Shown here: positions 1 through 9,920 of the stretch, one piece after another
Layout of the letters: the number at the start of each line of letters is the position of its first letter
Numbering within the stretch: position 1 is the stretch's first letter
Virus record (IMG/VR): IMGVR_UViG_3300009158_000031
Location: 124,001-188,000 of that record
Length of the DNA stretch: 64,000 bases
Direction: 5' to 3' (one strand)
The notes under the pieces: generated by a model
Seen by the model: the letters and a program-made list of their open reading frames with translations, nothing else
Told to the model about the DNA's origin: nothing
Database searches by the model: none
Translations under genes and position numbers: made by a program

Positions 1-2
1 TC

Positions 3-1550
3 TTTTTAGAATTTCGTTTAGTTAGATATGGTACAGATGTAGGAACTAGAACTCTTACATTAGCGGCAATGGAATTCGAGAGCAAATCTGCTCCTGAACA
101 AATGGTTGAATCGCCATTTGGAAATACATCATGTTATGCACAATGTTCTCCATCACAAAACTTCTATACCGGAGTAAGAATTGATTGTGATCCAAGACTT
201 CTATTTCAACCTTACAATTTAATGAATCCGGCAATAAACTTCTATCGAGAAGCTTCGAATGCCGTATCTGAAATGTTTGGTCATTGTGTTCGTTATTTCA
301 AAACTCAAGCAGATGTTGCTTCAGCTGATGCGGTACTTAAAGAATATTCATTATTCAATGTGACTGATGTTAAAGACATCAAAATCATGGTTCCGGATAA
401 TACATTCCCAGATAATGCTATTGCATTCTTTCCTTATGATATGGATTTTGGAGAAGGTCTAGAGATACACATAGTAAGAGATCATTTCGAAAGAGCATTC
501 GGTGTAGATGATTTACCTGAACAAAAAGATTATTTATACTTTCCTCTCATAGATCGTATGTTCGAAGTTCATTCAGCATATCTTTATAGAGATTTTATGA
601 TGTCTCAAGTTTATTACAAAGTGATGCTATACAAATGGCAAGATAAGCTAAATGTAATGAGAGATATCAAAGAAATCAATGATTATGTAGATAATTTAAC
701 TGAGAATTTTGATGAAGTTCTACAACCAGAGGTGGATAAAGAATTTTTACAAATAACGAAACCAGATCAATATGTAACTTCATCCATGAATAATATCGGT
801 GGATATGATAATGTTAGATCTCTTATTAATACAGATATTCAAATAAAGACTTATGATCTAAACAATTACTTTACAATAGTAGGTAAGTATTTTTACGAAT
901 TGAATACCGGAATAAAACAAAATGATTTAGCGGTGAAATATAAATTGTTAGTAAATAGATCACAAAGTGAACATACTGCATTTTCTGCATGGTTCAAACC
1001 TTTAAAGTCTAATTGGACAACGCAAACAAATACATACGATACAATAATCAATGGATATAATACTGCAGAATCCAAAGGTTATCGAATCAATCTTCTTTAT
1101 AGTAATGTAAATAATACAGTTGTTACTAGTGGAATAGAAGTTAAAATAAATGGACAAACTTTACAATTCAATCAAGATTTTCCTCAATTAAATAGAGACG
1201 AATGGTATGCAATCGTATTTAATCAGCTAAACGATTTTTCACAGGCATCAATTCATATTTGGAAAATGAAATGGACAGGGGCACCAAACACACAAAAGAC
1301 AACCGATCTTCAATTAGTATACACTCAAAACGTTTCAATTATTGCAGAAGAAGTCAAACCAACTGCAACTAATTTTACTTTAGTCGGTGGAACTTTAGGA
1401 ATAACAAATGTAAGAATTTGGAAAGAATCTATTGAAGAAGAAAAACAACCATTGGTTCTTAATCAATATGTAGTAAGAGATTCTCATTTATCTTTAGCTA
1501 CAGACAATGCTATACCACCTTTACGATTAGTTAAAGAATATGTTAGATAA
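3..1550 (+). CDS. Neck/head-completion protein (T4 gp14-like N-terminal part) with C-terminal LamG/concanavalin-like domain; 5'-truncated by the window edge
   Basis: The frame is open from position 3 (FLEFRLVRYGTDVGTRTLTLAAM...), so ATG 69 is internal. Segments QKDYLYFPLIDRMFEVHSA and YKVMLYKW resemble T4 gp14-type neck proteins. It lies just upstream of terminase and sheath, as in T4 gene order. C-terminal FSAWFKP / EWYAIVF / ITNVRIW pattern is LamG-like. Confidence 0.5.
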   Translation, partial: FLEFRLVRYGTDVGTRTLTLAAMEFESKSAPEQMVESPFGNTSCYAQCSPSQNFYTGVRIDCDPRLLFQPYNLMNPAINFYREASNAVSEMFGHCVRYFKTQADVASADAVLKEYSLFNVTDVKDIKIMVPDNTFPDNAIAFFPYDMDFGEGLEIHIVRDHFERAFGVDDLPEQKDYLYFPLIDRMFEVHSAYLYRDFMMSQVYYKVMLYKWQDKLNVMRDIKEINDYVDNLTENFDEVLQPEVDKEFLQITKPDQYVTSSMNNIGGYDNVRSLINTDIQIKTYDLNNYFTIVGKYFYELNTGIKQNDLAVKYKLLVNRSQSEHTAFSAWFKPLKSNWTTQTNTYDTIINGYNTAESKGYRINLLYSNVNNTVVTSGIEVKINGQTLQFNQDFPQLNRDEWYAIVFNQLNDFSQASIHIWKMKWTGAPNTQKTTDLQLVYTQNVSIIAEEVKPTATNFTLVGGTLGITNVRIWKESIEEEKQPLVLNQYVVRDSHLSLATDNAIPPLRLVKEYVR

Positions 1551-1752
1551 TGGGAGAATGAAGGAGATTAACCTAACTAGTAACTACTAGTACTGCCTGA
1601 AGAACTATATTATTTCCTCGATCACCTTAGATAAAGGTTATATGTTATTTTGAAGTAGTCAGATTCAGTACCATCGTTGATTCATTTACACATTTCCTGC
1701 AAATAATAATAAAACCTAAGAGATGCTAATTTATGCATCCAATAAATAAATT

Positions 1753-2382
1753 ATGGAAGATAAAAACGATTCAGTAAGAAAATCTATAGATGATTTATTA
1801 GCAGAAGATCAACAATCAAATTCTTTGTCTACTACATCAGGTGGAGGTTTACCTGCATTTCAAGTAACAGATCCTTTAGATTATGATGGAGAAAAAGATA
1901 TAGCACAGAATAAGGCCAAGAAATTAATGAATTCTCTTTTGAAATTCTACCTATCACAGGAGATAATTCAAAAGAATGAATATATTACTCTCAAAGCTAA
2001 AATTGATGTAATGACAATGAGTAACTTAATGTTTCAGATGAGAACTGCTGAACATGCAATAGTTACTTTGTTAAGATCTATTGATGCCGGTGAAGCTTCA
2101 CCTCGTATGTTTGAAGTTCTTGGTGGACTTCAGAAAACGATGTTAGATATTATGAAACATCAAACCCTTCATATGATGGCTGCGGAGGAGAACATGAAAA
2201 AACTTAAACGTGATATTGATATCTATGGAGATTCAATTGATATTACACCAAAAGACACAAAACCTCAGATTGCATCTGTTAATAGAGGAACTAGAAATCT
2301 AATGAGAGATATTCAATCAGAAATCAACGGAGAAGAAATTGAAGAAACTGATTTCGATTCCCAAAATCAAGAAGATATGTAA
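1753..2382 (+). CDS. terS: Terminase small subunit (T4 gp16-like)
   Basis: ASPRMFEVLGGLQKTMLDIMK matches the gp16 PRAYEV..L.K helix motif; helical 209 aa; upstream of TerL. Confidence 0.7.
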   Translation: MEDKNDSVRKSIDDLLAEDQQSNSLSTTSGGGLPAFQVTDPLDYDGEKDIAQNKAKKLMNSLLKFYLSQEIIQKNEYITLKAKIDVMTMSNLMFQMRTAEHAIVTLLRSIDAGEASPRMFEVLGGLQKTMLDIMKHQTLHMMAAEENMKKLKRDIDIYGDSIDITPKDTKPQIASVNRGTRNLMRDIQSEINGEEIEETDFDSQNQEDM

Positions 2383-3060
2383 ATGATTAATCCAATTAAA
2401 GGTACTTTTAAAACCTTTCATAATTTCATTAAAATTATAGGTCATAACGATAAAGAGTTAGATCCTAAACAATTTACTCGAATTGATACAGAAGAGAAGG
2501 TTCTTTATCTAACGTTTGATACCTGTCCAACTAATGGAGTAGACTTCGATACCGTAAATTGGTTAATGGAAAATAAAATACCAGCAACCATATTTCTAAA
2601 TATTGAATGGTATAAAACAAACAAATCGAAAGATCTGTCATTCTTAAAATCCTCACAATTTGAAATTGGTGGTCATGGATATAATCATAAACGTCCATTT
2701 AGACAAGATCTTCGAGAACAAACATATGATATTGATTCTTGTGTAAACTTCATTGATAGTGAATTAAAACGAGAAGTAAAATGGTATCGTTGTCCTTATG
2801 GAAAACCTAATGAAGATACCTTTAATATATTAGAACCTTTAGGTATTAGATACGCATCATGGGCTGGTCATGTATTTGACAAGAGTGTACCTGATTTAGC
2901 AAATCCAAATAAAGTTGCATTATCATATCTAGCTCAAAATACTCGTCCTGGAGATATTTTGTTATTTCACATCAATGGTGAAGGAATTAATACATTAGAG
3001 ATTTTAAAGATTGCTCATACATGGGCAATCGATCAAGGATATTCCTTCAAAACGCTATAA
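2383..3060 (+). CDS. Polysaccharide deacetylase (NodB/CE4 family)
   Basis: CE4 motifs LYLTFDTCP, GHGYNH, RCPYG and GDILLFH. Confidence 0.85.
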   Translation: MINPIKGTFKTFHNFIKIIGHNDKELDPKQFTRIDTEEKVLYLTFDTCPTNGVDFDTVNWLMENKIPATIFLNIEWYKTNKSKDLSFLKSSQFEIGGHGYNHKRPFRQDLREQTYDIDSCVNFIDSELKREVKWYRCPYGKPNEDTFNILEPLGIRYASWAGHVFDKSVPDLANPNKVALSYLAQNTRPGDILLFHINGEGINTLEILKIAHTWAIDQGYSFKTL

Positions 3061-3063
3061 TTT

Positions 3064-4854
3064 ATGTTTAAAGTAAAAGAATATAAAGAGGAAAATTCAG
3101 AAGATAACAAAGTAATTTGGACATCTGCAAAAGTTGAAAAACTTCTTGTGGCAATGGAAGAAGGATATGCTACGGTTGACCATCCATTTTATGAAGGTGA
3201 TCCTAGTTATCGAAAAGGAAATATTGTATTTGAATATAGTGATTGGGAATATGAAGAGATAAAGAAATGTGCTAAGGATATCATTCACTTTGCCAATCAT
3301 TATTGTACGGTAATGACAGATGAAGGTTACATGAAAATCGAACTTCGTCCATATCAAGAAGATGTACTTCGATCATATCAAGCAAATCGTTGGAATATCT
3401 TTATGGCATCTCGTCAAATAGGTAAAACTATTACATCTTCTATATTTTTAACATGGTATCTTCTATTTCACTTTGATAAAAATGTACTCCTTATGTCTAA
3501 TAAAGGAGCAACCACTAAAGAGATTATGGATAAGATCAAAGCAATCGTTGAAGGTCTTCCATTCTTCTTAAAACCTGGTGTTAATAAGAAAGACGTTATG
3601 ACAATGATATTCGATAATAAATGTCGTATCATTGGTCAGAATACTACAAAAACCGGTGGTATTGGATTTACCATCCATTTGCTATTTATAGATGAGTTTG
3701 CTCACATTCCAGAAGGAATTAAGAGAACCTTCTATGAAAACGTATATCCAACTTTATCATCATCCAAAATATCCAGGGTTATAATCACAAGTACACCTAA
3801 TGGATTTGATCTATTTCATGATTTATATTCATCTGCTATGGATGGATCTAATGAGTATAAAGCAATGAGAGTTGATTGGTGGCAAGTTCCAGGTAGAGAT
3901 GAAGAATGGAAAGAACGAGAGATAGCAAATTTAGGTTCGTTAGAAGCTTTTAATCAACAATATGGTTGCCAATTTCTTTCATCTTCTAATTTACTTCTTT
4001 CATCCGATGAATTAAAAAGACTTAAGCGAGATGAAGCAGAATATATCTTTCAGGAATTTGATGCTTTAGATGATTTAGGTTTGGATTATTCTCAGCTTAA
4101 ATGGCATCCTGATTTTGATATATTAGATATCGACGATCCAAATAAATTCTTCATATTTGCCATTGATTTGGCTGAAGGAATAGGACGAGATCATTCTATC
4201 ATAAATATATTTGAACTTGATTCGTTAACGTATGAAGATATTGAAAAATTAGAATCGCCAGGAGGAATAACGGATTTCTTTTCATTAAGACAAGTTGGTT
4301 TATTTAGATCTAATATACATCCAATAGAAAGTTTTGCAAAAATTCTTTATACGATGTCTGTGAAAATTTTTGATCAGGAAAATCTACGACATGTAATTGA
4401 ATATAATGTTTATGGTGCTGAGTTAATGAAAAACTTAATTACGTTATATCCATCATCCAATGATTTTGATGAGGATTGTGTAGTTAGGTATCATCATAGA
4501 GTCGGTGCTAAAGTTAAACAACCCGGACTTAGATTAAATAAAGATTTGAAGAAAATTTATTGTGAAAAGATGAAAGCTTTGATAATGTCTGGAAAAATTC
4601 AATTAAACGAGAGACAATCTATACAAGAGGCTTCTATGTTTTCTAGAAATCCTTCTGGAACATATTCAGCTCAAACTGGCCATGATGATATTATTATGTC
4701 GGCGGTTTCTGTATCTTCTTTCTTCGATACTTTAGATTTTGCAGACATCGTAGAAGAGTATTTCGAATTCCTCGATGGTGAGAAAGTCGCTAAAATAGAA
4801 CAGATCCTAGATGAACTAGGAGACGATACAGGGGAAATATATGATATTTTTTAG
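3064..4854 (+). CDS. terL: Terminase large subunit (T4 gp17-like)
   Basis: LRPYQ, Walker A ASRQIGKT, Walker B LFIDEFAH, ITSTPNG, nuclease AIDLAEG and GHDDIIMS. Confidence 0.96.
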   Translation: MFKVKEYKEENSEDNKVIWTSAKVEKLLVAMEEGYATVDHPFYEGDPSYRKGNIVFEYSDWEYEEIKKCAKDIIHFANHYCTVMTDEGYMKIELRPYQEDVLRSYQANRWNIFMASRQIGKTITSSIFLTWYLLFHFDKNVLLMSNKGATTKEIMDKIKAIVEGLPFFLKPGVNKKDVMTMIFDNKCRIIGQNTTKTGGIGFTIHLLFIDEFAHIPEGIKRTFYENVYPTLSSSKISRVIITSTPNGFDLFHDLYSSAMDGSNEYKAMRVDWWQVPGRDEEWKEREIANLGSLEAFNQQYGCQFLSSSNLLLSSDELKRLKRDEAEYIFQEFDALDDLGLDYSQLKWHPDFDILDIDDPNKFFIFAIDLAEGIGRDHSIINIFELDSLTYEDIEKLESPGGITDFFSLRQVGLFRSNIHPIESFAKILYTMSVKIFDQENLRHVIEYNVYGAELMKNLITLYPSSNDFDEDCVVRYHHRVGAKVKQPGLRLNKDLKKIYCEKMKALIMSGKIQLNERQSIQEASMFSRNPSGTYSAQTGHDDIIMSAVSVSSFFDTLDFADIVEEYFEFLDGEKVAKIEQILDELGDDTGEIYDIF

Positions 4855-4881
4855 TCATCTATCACATATCAGAAAAACCCA

Positions 4882-4889
4882 GATATATA
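4882..4889 (+). promoter_or_regulatory. Representative T4-like late promoter variant RATA(A/T)ATA (also at 1741, 8219, 8883, 17657, 24760, 46152, 53260, 53880, 54721, 55554, 58853)
   Basis: Octamer lies a few to about 35 bp before starts of structural and CTS genes. T4 late consensus is TATAAATA. The AT-rich background limits significance. Confidence 0.45.
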
Positions 4890-4908
4890 ATTAAAAAATT
4901 AAAGACCC

Positions 4909-7900
4909 ATGGCAATATCTCCTAGTCTACAACAATTCAAATCTTCAGGTGTTTACCGATTAGAATTCGACAAGAGTCAAATTACTAATATTCCATCTGA
5001 AACAATCCGTTTAATTATCGGATTCTCAAAAAAAGGACCTTTTAATACTCCTGTTCTTTGTAAAGACACCGTCTTCTTTAAAGAAATTTTTGGAGATATT
5101 GATACTTCTCTTGAAAGAAAAGGTTCGTTCTTCCATAGAACGGCTCTAGTTTCTCTTGATAGAGGTCCAGTTATTGTATTGAATCTTTTGAATCTTGACG
5201 ATACTCTAGATCAATCACAATTCCGCTCAATCTCTACTGCTTCTTGGCAAGCTAATTCAGCGGTTAAGTATGCTCCAGTATCAAATTATTTCAACCAAGA
5301 TAAATTCTGGTTCACTGATGCTCAAGCTCTTATTGACACTGCAGATAATTCTGATTATCAATCAGTTTTAGCTCAAAGATTACTTAACCTTGCAAATGTT
5401 GGTAGAAAAAACATGTCAGTTTTTACTAAAAAATCTACAACTTTAGGTTTCGATATTTTAGCTAAAGATTGGTACGGAACTGGTAAAGTTCCAGAATTCA
5501 TTAACGAAAATGATTACATCTCTGATTATATGGTAGATTTGATTATCGTTGAAGGTGACTTCTCTAATTATCAATCTCTTGCAATCGATCCAATTTATGG
5601 AACTTATTTCGATGCAACTGGTTTAAAAACTACTATCACTGATTCTTATGGAAATATTTTAGATGGTTTAACTGCATTCTTAAACTTAAATTCAGTTAAT
5701 GTACTAGGTGTTTATACTGGTTGTTTAATTCCAGAATTCCAAGATAAAAATGGTAATAACCTTTTCATTCAAGATCTAGTTAATCTAGAAACTTCTAAGA
5801 CTGGTTTGCTATTAGGAATTAATGTAGATACTATTGATGATGCTCCTGAAACTATTGGAAACGATTTAATTGACTTAATTGGTCATGGTATCGAATCTCA
5901 AGAACCTACAGTAGTAGACTTCCTTTCTTATTATGGTTCTATTGTTTCTGCAATGCCTTATGCCGGAGCTACCGGTATCGATACTCTTATCGTTGCTGGA
6001 ACTGCTGGTCAAACTGGTGCTCAGGCATTAATGATTGCTTCTGCTGGTTTAACTGGAGCTTCTGCTACAAACGGTTGGAAAACTACAACAGGTCATTATG
6101 ATACTTTATTGGTATATGGTCCTTCTGCTACTCTTCCCACTTCATTTGCATCTAAATTTGCTAACGAAACAGCATTCGCTACTTTCCGTACTGCCGTTTC
6201 AGTGGATAATACATTCATTAAAGCTGGTGCTTCAGCGAATACAACTGGTGCTTCAGGTAACTACTCTTATTTAGCTTCCGAATCTTATGATACTACAACT
6301 GATATCTTAACACTTAAGATCTCTAACGTTGCTGGTTCTGGTGTTACTGGTCCTACTTCAGTTGCTCAAGGTTATTATTACTTATACCCAGTTGGTTTAA
6401 CCGCTGGTGGTACTGCTTCATTACCGGTTATCCAATCAGTGAATTTCAATTTTGCTGAAGGTGGTAATTTGTTTACTGGTGTTGCAAATCAACTTTATCA
6501 AGATAATCTTTCTGGTATTTTAACTGATGGAGATAAAGTTAAAGTTAATAATGCAGGTGCTACTGCTACTGCTTATGCTGAATTTAACCGAGTATCTACT
6601 AATGACTTTAGTGGTGCTACATTTACTAACGCTAATGCTTTTGGTAATGAAGCTCCTATTCTAAATGCATTTACTAATTACATTGAAGTTAATGCTTATA
6701 CAAATCCTAACTTATCTACTGGAGCTACTGCAATTACTCCGCAAACTACTTATGTGGTAAATACTTTAACCGGTAATATCAACGAATCTTTCGCTCTATG
6801 GGGTGGAACTGCCTATACAAATCCTACTAACGTAGTTTGGGTAGATAATGGTTCTACTGGTCCTCTTGGATTAAATGGTTTCAATGGTCTAATCATTAAA
6901 AATCAATTATTGCTTCAGAACTTTGGCGGAACTGGTGGTGCTACATCTAACAGTCCTATTACTGGAAAATCAAGATTAACTCGCATCCTTTCAGTTGCTG
7001 AAATTACCGATCCTACATCTGATCTTTACAAAAAGATCAAGATTACTACAGTAGATCCCATCTTTATTTCTGCAACAAGTGAAATTGAAAGATATAAAGA
7101 GGCTTCTAATTTTGTTACTCACTACAGACCTTCTGCTCTTAGAGGTTATACTTTAAGAACTGGTCAAATGCCTGATGGTACTGATACTCGTCAAAATGAA
7201 ATTCTAGACGTTATGTATAACAGTAATATCGCGGCTGCTCTTGCTGATCGTGAAACTATTAGTTTCCGTTATATTATCGATTCATTCCAAGGAACAATCG
7301 AACCTTCAACGAAGATTCGTTTAACTAAACTTGCTAAGAATCGTCAATCTGCTTTAGCAATTGTCAATATGCCTTCAGTGAAACAATTTAAAGATAGTAC
7401 TAACCCTATATTCAAATTAACTTCATCTTCTCAATTCGATGCTGCTTATATTGCTGATGGTGGTAATCTATCAACAAATCCTTCAAACATATTCAGCTTA
7501 CCAGGTATTGCTGATGGTGGTAATTACTCCGCTTTCTATGGTCCTAACTTGACTATCAGAGAAGCCGGTAAAAACACTTCAGTTCCTCCTGCTGCTCATG
7601 TTGGTAACTTATACATTGACAAATACACTCAAGCCCTTCCTTATTCAATTATCGCTGGTCCTCGTAGAGGTGTGATAACAGGAACTGGTCTTGTAGGTGT
7701 TGAATACAATTTTGATAGAACCGATCTAGATTCAATTGAACCATTTGGTTACAATGCAATCGTTAACAAGAGAGGTTTTGGATTAACTATTAATGCCAAT
7801 CAAACTGCTCAACAAACTGTAAAATCTGCTCTTTCACAAATTCACGTAAGAGAGTTATTAATTTACATTCAAGATGGTATTGAGGCTATCCTTAAAAATT

Positions 7901-8160
7901 ACCGTTGGGAATTCAACAGTGCTAATAATCGTTTAGAAATTAAAACTTTAGCCGACAATTTCCTATCACAAATCCTTTCTGATGGTGGAGTTTACGACTT
8001 CCAAAACATTATGGATACAACTAACAATACGACTGAGATCATCGATAACAATTATGGAATCCTTGATACTTACATCGAACCTGTTAGAGGAATGGGTATC
8101 TTAGTTCACAGAACTACAATTCTAAGAACTGGTGCTATTTCAACTGGTAACTTTATTTAA
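4909..8160 (+). CDS. gp18: Tail sheath protein (T4 gp18-like) with a large Gly/Ala/Thr-rich central insertion
   Basis: N-terminal SGVYRLEFDKS and IIGFSKKGPFNTP; C-terminal SALSQIHVRELLIYI..WEFN and DFQNIMDTTNNT..IIDNN..IEPVRGM; 1083 aa. Confidence 0.95.
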   Translation: MAISPSLQQFKSSGVYRLEFDKSQITNIPSETIRLIIGFSKKGPFNTPVLCKDTVFFKEIFGDIDTSLERKGSFFHRTALVSLDRGPVIVLNLLNLDDTLDQSQFRSISTASWQANSAVKYAPVSNYFNQDKFWFTDAQALIDTADNSDYQSVLAQRLLNLANVGRKNMSVFTKKSTTLGFDILAKDWYGTGKVPEFINENDYISDYMVDLIIVEGDFSNYQSLAIDPIYGTYFDATGLKTTITDSYGNILDGLTAFLNLNSVNVLGVYTGCLIPEFQDKNGNNLFIQDLVNLETSKTGLLLGINVDTIDDAPETIGNDLIDLIGHGIESQEPTVVDFLSYYGSIVSAMPYAGATGIDTLIVAGTAGQTGAQALMIASAGLTGASATNGWKTTTGHYDTLLVYGPSATLPTSFASKFANETAFATFRTAVSVDNTFIKAGASANTTGASGNYSYLASESYDTTTDILTLKISNVAGSGVTGPTSVAQGYYYLYPVGLTAGGTASLPVIQSVNFNFAEGGNLFTGVANQLYQDNLSGILTDGDKVKVNNAGATATAYAEFNRVSTNDFSGATFTNANAFGNEAPILNAFTNYIEVNAYTNPNLSTGATAITPQTTYVVNTLTGNINESFALWGGTAYTNPTNVVWVDNGSTGPLGLNGFNGLIIKNQLLLQNFGGTGGATSNSPITGKSRLTRILSVAEITDPTSDLYKKIKITTVDPIFISATSEIERYKEASNFVTHYRPSALRGYTLRTGQMPDGTDTRQNEILDVMYNSNIAAALADRETISFRYIIDSFQGTIEPSTKIRLTKLAKNRQSALAIVNMPSVKQFKDSTNPIFKLTSSSQFDAAYIADGGNLSTNPSNIFSLPGIADGGNYSAFYGPNLTIREAGKNTSVPPAAHVGNLYIDKYTQALPYSIIAGPRRGVITGTGLVGVEYNFDRTDLDSIEPFGYNAIVNKRGFGLTINANQTAQQTVKSALSQIHVRELLIYIQDGIEAILKNYRWEFNSANNRLEIKTLADNFLSQILSDGGVYDFQNIMDTTNNTTEIIDNNYGILDTYIEPVRGMGILVHRTTILRTGAISTGNFI

Positions 8161-8172
8161 TATTTGAATGAA

Positions 8173-8196
8173 GCTGGGATTCGCAAGGATCCCAGC
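8173..8196 (+). other. GNRA-capped hairpin between sheath and tube genes (mRNA stabiliser/processing site or weak terminator)
   Basis: gctgggattc-GCAA-ggatcccagc: 10-bp stem with one G.U pair, no U-tract. Confidence 0.55.
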
Positions 8197-8254
8197 CAAT
8201 TCATTTACGAATCAGTAAGATAAATAATAAAATACACAAAAAAAGCAATATACA

Positions 8255-8809
8255 ATGCCAGGATTACCACATTTTCTAAACAGTAAAGCGGCTACTAAAT
8301 ACTACGAACCGTTTTATCAAAACTTGTTTGAGGTAAACATTCTTCCTCCTTCTACTATTTCTGGTGGAGAGATCTTGATTGAACACGTAAATAAAATCGG
8401 CGGTTTAACTCAAGATAGAGGTTCAGAAGCAACCACTCAATCATACAAATTCGCTAAGAGATCTTACGCAATGGGAACTCCTACAGATACCATTACAGAT
8501 TTAACAATCGGTTTCTCTCTTAACTTAAACGATGCAAACGAACTATACGTATATAAAACATTACGTGATTGGTTCCGTTTGATCTATAACCCACTTACTG
8601 GTGAACAAGGTTTGAAGAAAGATTATGTAGGTACTCTCGTTATTACAAACTATAATCGTGCCGGAGATATCTTCTGGCAACGTACTTTCCATGATTGTTT
8701 CCCTACTGGAGATATCGGTGAATTAGCTGCAGATTACTCAGGTGGTGAAAAAGTTGATATGCCAGACGTTAAATTTCGTTCTGATTGGTGGGAAGAGAAC
8801 ATCGTTTAA
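8255..8809 (+). CDS. gp19: Tail tube protein (T4 gp19-like)
   Basis: YKTLRDWFRLIYNPLTG..YVGTLVITNYNRAGDIFWQRTFHDCFP; 184 aa directly after the sheath. Confidence 0.9.
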   Translation: MPGLPHFLNSKAATKYYEPFYQNLFEVNILPPSTISGGEILIEHVNKIGGLTQDRGSEATTQSYKFAKRSYAMGTPTDTITDLTIGFSLNLNDANELYVYKTLRDWFRLIYNPLTGEQGLKKDYVGTLVITNYNRAGDIFWQRTFHDCFPTGDIGELAADYSGGEKVDMPDVKFRSDWWEENIV

Positions 8810-8830
8810 TTTCAATCTATTAAGACTTTT

Positions 8831-8861
8831 AAAGAGAACTTCGAAAGAGGTTCTCTTTTGT
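8831..8861 (+). terminator. Rho-independent terminator after tail tube
   Basis: aaagagaacttc-GAAA-gaggttctcttt followed by tgtt. Confidence 0.75.
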
Positions 8862-8918
8862 TGTATATTCATATAAGTAAGAGATAAATATAATAACGAA
8901 AAAAAATTATATTTAAAA

Positions 8919-9182
8919 ATGGGTGAAACGTCGGTTGTTGGTATAATTTTAGCACTAATCGGTATATTTAAAGGAAAAGACATATGGGAATTCTTTAAAC
9001 ATCGAGCTACTATTAAAAGTAAAACTAATGACAAGGTCATTGAGATTTATGAAAAACAACTAAATACTTGCGAAACTAAAGTTCAGCTTTTAGAAACAAA
9101 AAATGATAAATTGTCTAAGAGATTTGAAACTAAATTGAAGAGTCGAGGAAAAACCAAAGAAGAACCTCTTAAAAAAGATTAA
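8919..9182 (+). CDS. Small membrane protein with coiled coil (holin/spanin-like, unassigned)
   Basis: N-terminal hydrophobic helix VVGIILALIGIF, then a heptad-rich C-terminus. Confidence 0.35.
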   Translation: MGETSVVGIILALIGIFKGKDIWEFFKHRATIKSKTNDKVIEIYEKQLNTCETKVQLLETKNDKLSKRFETKLKSRGKTKEEPLKKD

Positions 9183-9185
9183 AAT

Positions 9186-9449
9186 ATGAAAAACTACATA
9201 AACACATTTGAAGAGTTCTTAAATGAATCAATTAACGAAAATGTTTGGGCAGATATAACTAAATCAGCAAAACCTACTAAAGGTCCTTGGACTCTAGTAT
9301 CATCTGATAATAAAAAAGTTTTAGCCCAGAGCACAACTGATAATATACACATGCTTCCTGCTCATTTTGAATCACTGAAACTAAAATTTCCAAAATCAAG
9401 TATTCATATAGAAAGTGCTTCCGGTGAAGTAATTTGGAAAATGAAATAA
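9186..9449 (+). CDS. Putative internal head protein with capsid-targeting sequence (CTS 1)
   Basis: Starts MKNYINTFEEFLNESINE; compare the T4 IPII/IPIII CTS MKTYQEFIAE. Confidence 0.65.
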   Translation: MKNYINTFEEFLNESINENVWADITKSAKPTKGPWTLVSSDNKKVLAQSTTDNIHMLPAHFESLKLKFPKSSIHIESASGEVIWKMK

Positions 9450-9454
9450 TCAAT

Positions 9455-9910
9455 ATGAAAAATTACATAAACACATTTGAAGGTTTCTTAAATGAAGTTC
9501 GATTAAATGAAGATAAAATGCCGGTAGTTTCGGACTTTAAAGCTAACCCAACCGTATTGGATGGTGTTAAAATTAAAAACCTAGCCGAAGAAAATCCTGA
9601 ACAGGTGTTCATTATAAAGAAGGAATATGGCAAATGGCCTGATGATATACTTGCTAAATACAGCAAAACAGAAACTTCGATAACTGAATTTCTACCAATC
9701 GATAAATATGCTACAATGACAAAGTTAGAGTACTTAGGTTCTATGGCTGAAGTTATTGATATGATGTTCGGAGCTGACGAATGGCCACCAGCTAAACAGA
9801 AAGAACTTGCAAATGAACCATACTTATCTACTAATAAACAAGGAGAAGTTATAATAGATGTTCAACGAGGAAATATCAGTAAGTTTGTAAAATTAGCAGA
9901 AAAAAAGTAA
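9455..9910 (+). CDS. Putative internal head protein (CTS 2)
   Basis: True start is ATG 9455: MKNYINTFEGFLNEVRLNE. Confidence 0.65.
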   Translation: MKNYINTFEGFLNEVRLNEDKMPVVSDFKANPTVLDGVKIKNLAEENPEQVFIIKKEYGKWPDDILAKYSKTETSITEFLPIDKYATMTKLEYLGSMAEVIDMMFGADEWPPAKQKELANEPYLSTNKQGEVIIDVQRGNISKFVKLAEKK

Positions 9911-9920
9911 TTTAACTAAT

